Shown: one piece after another, positions 61,701 through 64,000 of the stretch
Position numbering within the stretch: the stretch's first letter is position 1
Layout: each line of letters opens with the position of its first letter
Origin: Mustelus asterias
Taxonomy: Eukaryota
DNA: 64,000 nucleotides
Assembly (NCBI RefSeq): GCF_964213995.1
Contig: NC_135821.1
Coordinates: 39,618,001-39,682,000 of the forward strand
Direction of reading: 5' to 3'
The notes under the pieces: model-generated
The model's input: only the letters and a program-made list of their open reading frames with translations
The model's database searches: none
What the model was told of the DNA's origin: nothing
Made by a program: the position numbers and the translations under genes

Positions 61701-62157
61701 ACATCTCCCAAGCCCTCTCCTCCTTTAGCTAGTTGTTTATTCACTATACTCCTGGCATTAGAGTAGACACATCTCAATCCTATGGTCTGACCTCTCCCCT
61801 TCTCTGTTCCCAGTCCACCTGCCCTCTTGCACTGCCTATAACCCTTCTCTGTTTGCGAGCTACCTTCCTCACTCTCAGTCACGTCACTTTGATCCCCTCC
61901 CCCCAACCTATCTAGTTTAAACTCTCCCCAGTAGCCTTAGCCAACCTTCCTGCCAGGATATTGGTCCCCCTGGGATTCAAGTGCCACCCGTTTTTAGTAT
62001 ACAGGTCACACCTGCCTCTAAAGAGGTCCCAATGGTCCAGGAACCTGAATCCCTGCCCCCTGCACCATTCCCTCAGCCACACATTCATCCTCCACCTCAC
62101 TCCATTCCTTTCCTCACCTTCCCGTGGCACAGGCAGCAATCCCGAGATTACTACATC
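58755..62157 (-). mobile_element. Near full-length CR1 LINE: ORF1 C-terminus (SGNH-esterase-like) + ORF2 with two in-frame stops
   Basis: ORF1 LLPVPR..WLREWCRGQGFRFLDHWDLF..HLNPRGT..LN* (61912-62155). ORF2 APE (ITETWL, GDFN, SDHN) and RT (FADD) lie in one frame broken only by TAA (60854-60856) and TGA (60425-60427). (CATAAGAA)n tail. Confidence 0.97.
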
Positions 62158-62875
62158 CCACGAGGATTGGGTGGCCTGTTAATTTTGAGTGTTGACAACC
62201 TATTCAAACGTCCTCACTAACTATTTTTATCCTTCTTCCTCACCCTGTGCTGCAATATGAATTTCATCCCCTTCTTTAAGAGAGAGAGACAGAAAGACAG
62301 AGATAGTTTGGTTCCACTGAAGTCAATGAACAAGAGTTAGAGCAGAGAGGGTATTCAGTTTATTGGAATAATTGACCTGATTATCAGACAGGCTCGATAA
62401 CAGGCAGCCGACACAATGACACGCGCCAAGCTGAATACCTACCCAGAGGACCATCAGTTTTAAATTTGACGGTTTACATTGGCACTTTTGGAAGTAAACA
62501 GGATGACATAACATTTCTGACTTTACAGAGGCAGGATTCAAAATTCATTGCAATCACATATGGCTTCATTTTTTCAATTTGTAAAACAATAAAATATTCT
62601 TTTACTCTAGTATAGAAGACTGAGCCATTTGAAATTTAATAAAAAAGGCTGGAGGGTTCGACAAGGTAGATGCTGGCTGAAACAAGGGAACATTAAAATC
62701 CGATGAATCTCTTGTTTCTCTCCCTACAGTTGCTGCCTGTCCTGCTGAGCCTTTCCAGCATTTTCTCTTTTCATTATCTTAAAATGAGGGCTAGACAACT
62801 TGGGGAAGCAATTAATACCAAGTGTAAAGAATTTGGAACTCTCTTCTACAAAAGACTGGGGATGCTGGGTCGGCG

Positions 62876-62952
62876 CGGAGGGAGGGGAGGGGGAGGGGAG
62901 GGGGCGGGGGGGTGGAGGGGAGGAGGCGGGGGGGTGGAGGGGAGGTGGTGGG
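62876..62952 (+). repeat. G-rich low-complexity tract (G-quadruplex-capable)
   Basis: About ten runs of three or more G with short loops. Confidence 0.75.
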
Positions 62953-62992
62953 TCAATAGATTTCACGGCAGAGATCGATTGATTTTTTTCTT

Positions 62993-63112
62993 CAGAGTTC
63001 TGAAGAAGATGTGCTCGAAACATTAACTCTGTTTCTCTCTCCACAGAGGCTGCCAGACTTGCTGAGTTTTTGTTTACATTTCAGATCTCCAGCATCCGCA
63101 GTATTTTGCTTT
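62993..63112 (+). mobile_element. Hammerhead-bearing family-2 unit
   Basis: CAGAGTT-CTGAAGA(63000-63006)-AGATGTGCTC-GAAA(63017-63020)-CA-TT-AACTCTG, with a 7-bp stem I, followed by the family tail; a more decayed tail lies at ~62705-62775. Confidence 0.8.
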
Positions 63113-64000
63113 GATTGTGTTGTTGGATTTGTGTTGGGTTAAGGTGGGAGGATGAAGTTGAGGAGCAGGTCAGTCGTATTTGTTTGAATGGGGGGGAGGG
63201 CATTTTTGAGGGGCTGAATAGCCTACCTGTGCTCCTAATATTGCTATGTCATTAACTATTGACTTCGCCACTGTATAATAAACAGCTGATCTGATATTGC
63301 CAGCTTTACACAATGGCCAAAGTTGAAAGCTCTGTCCGTTGTATCTTAACACTTATTTGGGAGGGAGACCCTACAATTGTGATGCTGCCAATTGCCACAT
63401 TTGCCTTGTGACTGACTCCTCAGTGAGATTCGAGCGAGTTTGTCACAACACAGTGGGCAGATTTTTAGTGGATCAGCAAGTCAGGTTAACACTTGGTTAA
63501 CATTTGACATTTACAGCAAATGGTAAAATTTCTTCAACCCATTGGTCCTGACTGACCAGAGGGCAGAGGAGAAACGAGGTGGAAATTCCCGACTCTTGTG
63601 GCAACCCAACTGCCACTTTTCTAAGGTTTCTTTTATAAACACTTGGATAGTTCAATTGTAACTGCTACGAATTGGGAATACTTGACTTGAGATCTTGCTG
63701 AGAGAGGGGACTGGGGATTTTACGGATTGATGGGTGAGAGAAGGATTGTTGTTGGCAACATGACTCTGGGAAAGAGAGGATGAGTCAGGAGTGTGGGATT
63801 GCTAACCCTTCTGATCGTTCTGGAACCCGCAACAATTAAAGATCAATCTCCATCTGTGAGCAGCCAGGCAGAGACATAACAGAGGCACCAAAAGGATGTT
63901 GTGATTTATTTAATTTTTCTTTGAACATTTATTTGATAGCTAGCATGTGGTGATAACATTGGAGATTGGAATGAAAGCTCATTGACGTACATTCAAGAAA

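Noticed and set aside
62703-63044. Gly/Pro-rich ORFs
   Set aside because: Artefacts of the G-rich low-complexity tract
43200-64000. Exons of a convergent neighbour such as CDCA8, expected from mammalian synteny
   Set aside because: No recognisable coding exon found on the minus strand; a short exon could have been missed

Overview
Repeat-rich vertebrate genomic DNA, almost certainly elasmobranch (shark), judged from many HE1/V-SINE-type SINEs and their CR1-clade (HER1-like) LINE partners. The only host gene I can support is the 3' end of an Eph receptor on the + strand, best matching EPHA10. Its last four coding exons are 4253-4402, 4805-4998, ~15238/15244-15408 and 21509-21623, encoding the kinase C-lobe, SAM domain and PDZ-binding -GVQV. 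Most of the rest is transposon-derived: a young Penelope-like element (RT + GIY-YIG) at the window start, two near-complete and many fragmentary CR1 LINEs, a second CR1/L2-clade LINE, a Rex1/Babar fragment, a decayed Gypsy element, two clear solo LTRs plus a candidate third, a hAT MITE, a family of short TIR MITEs and three SINE families. The most notable signal is a set of minimal type-I hammerhead ribozyme motifs, one in the Penelope 3' end and others in short non-coding Penelope-like units. Two of those units are inverted duplications whose junction falls at the ribozyme. Most short ORFs in the supplied track are chance frames in repeats. All calls are by eye, without database searches, and many repeat boundaries are approximate.
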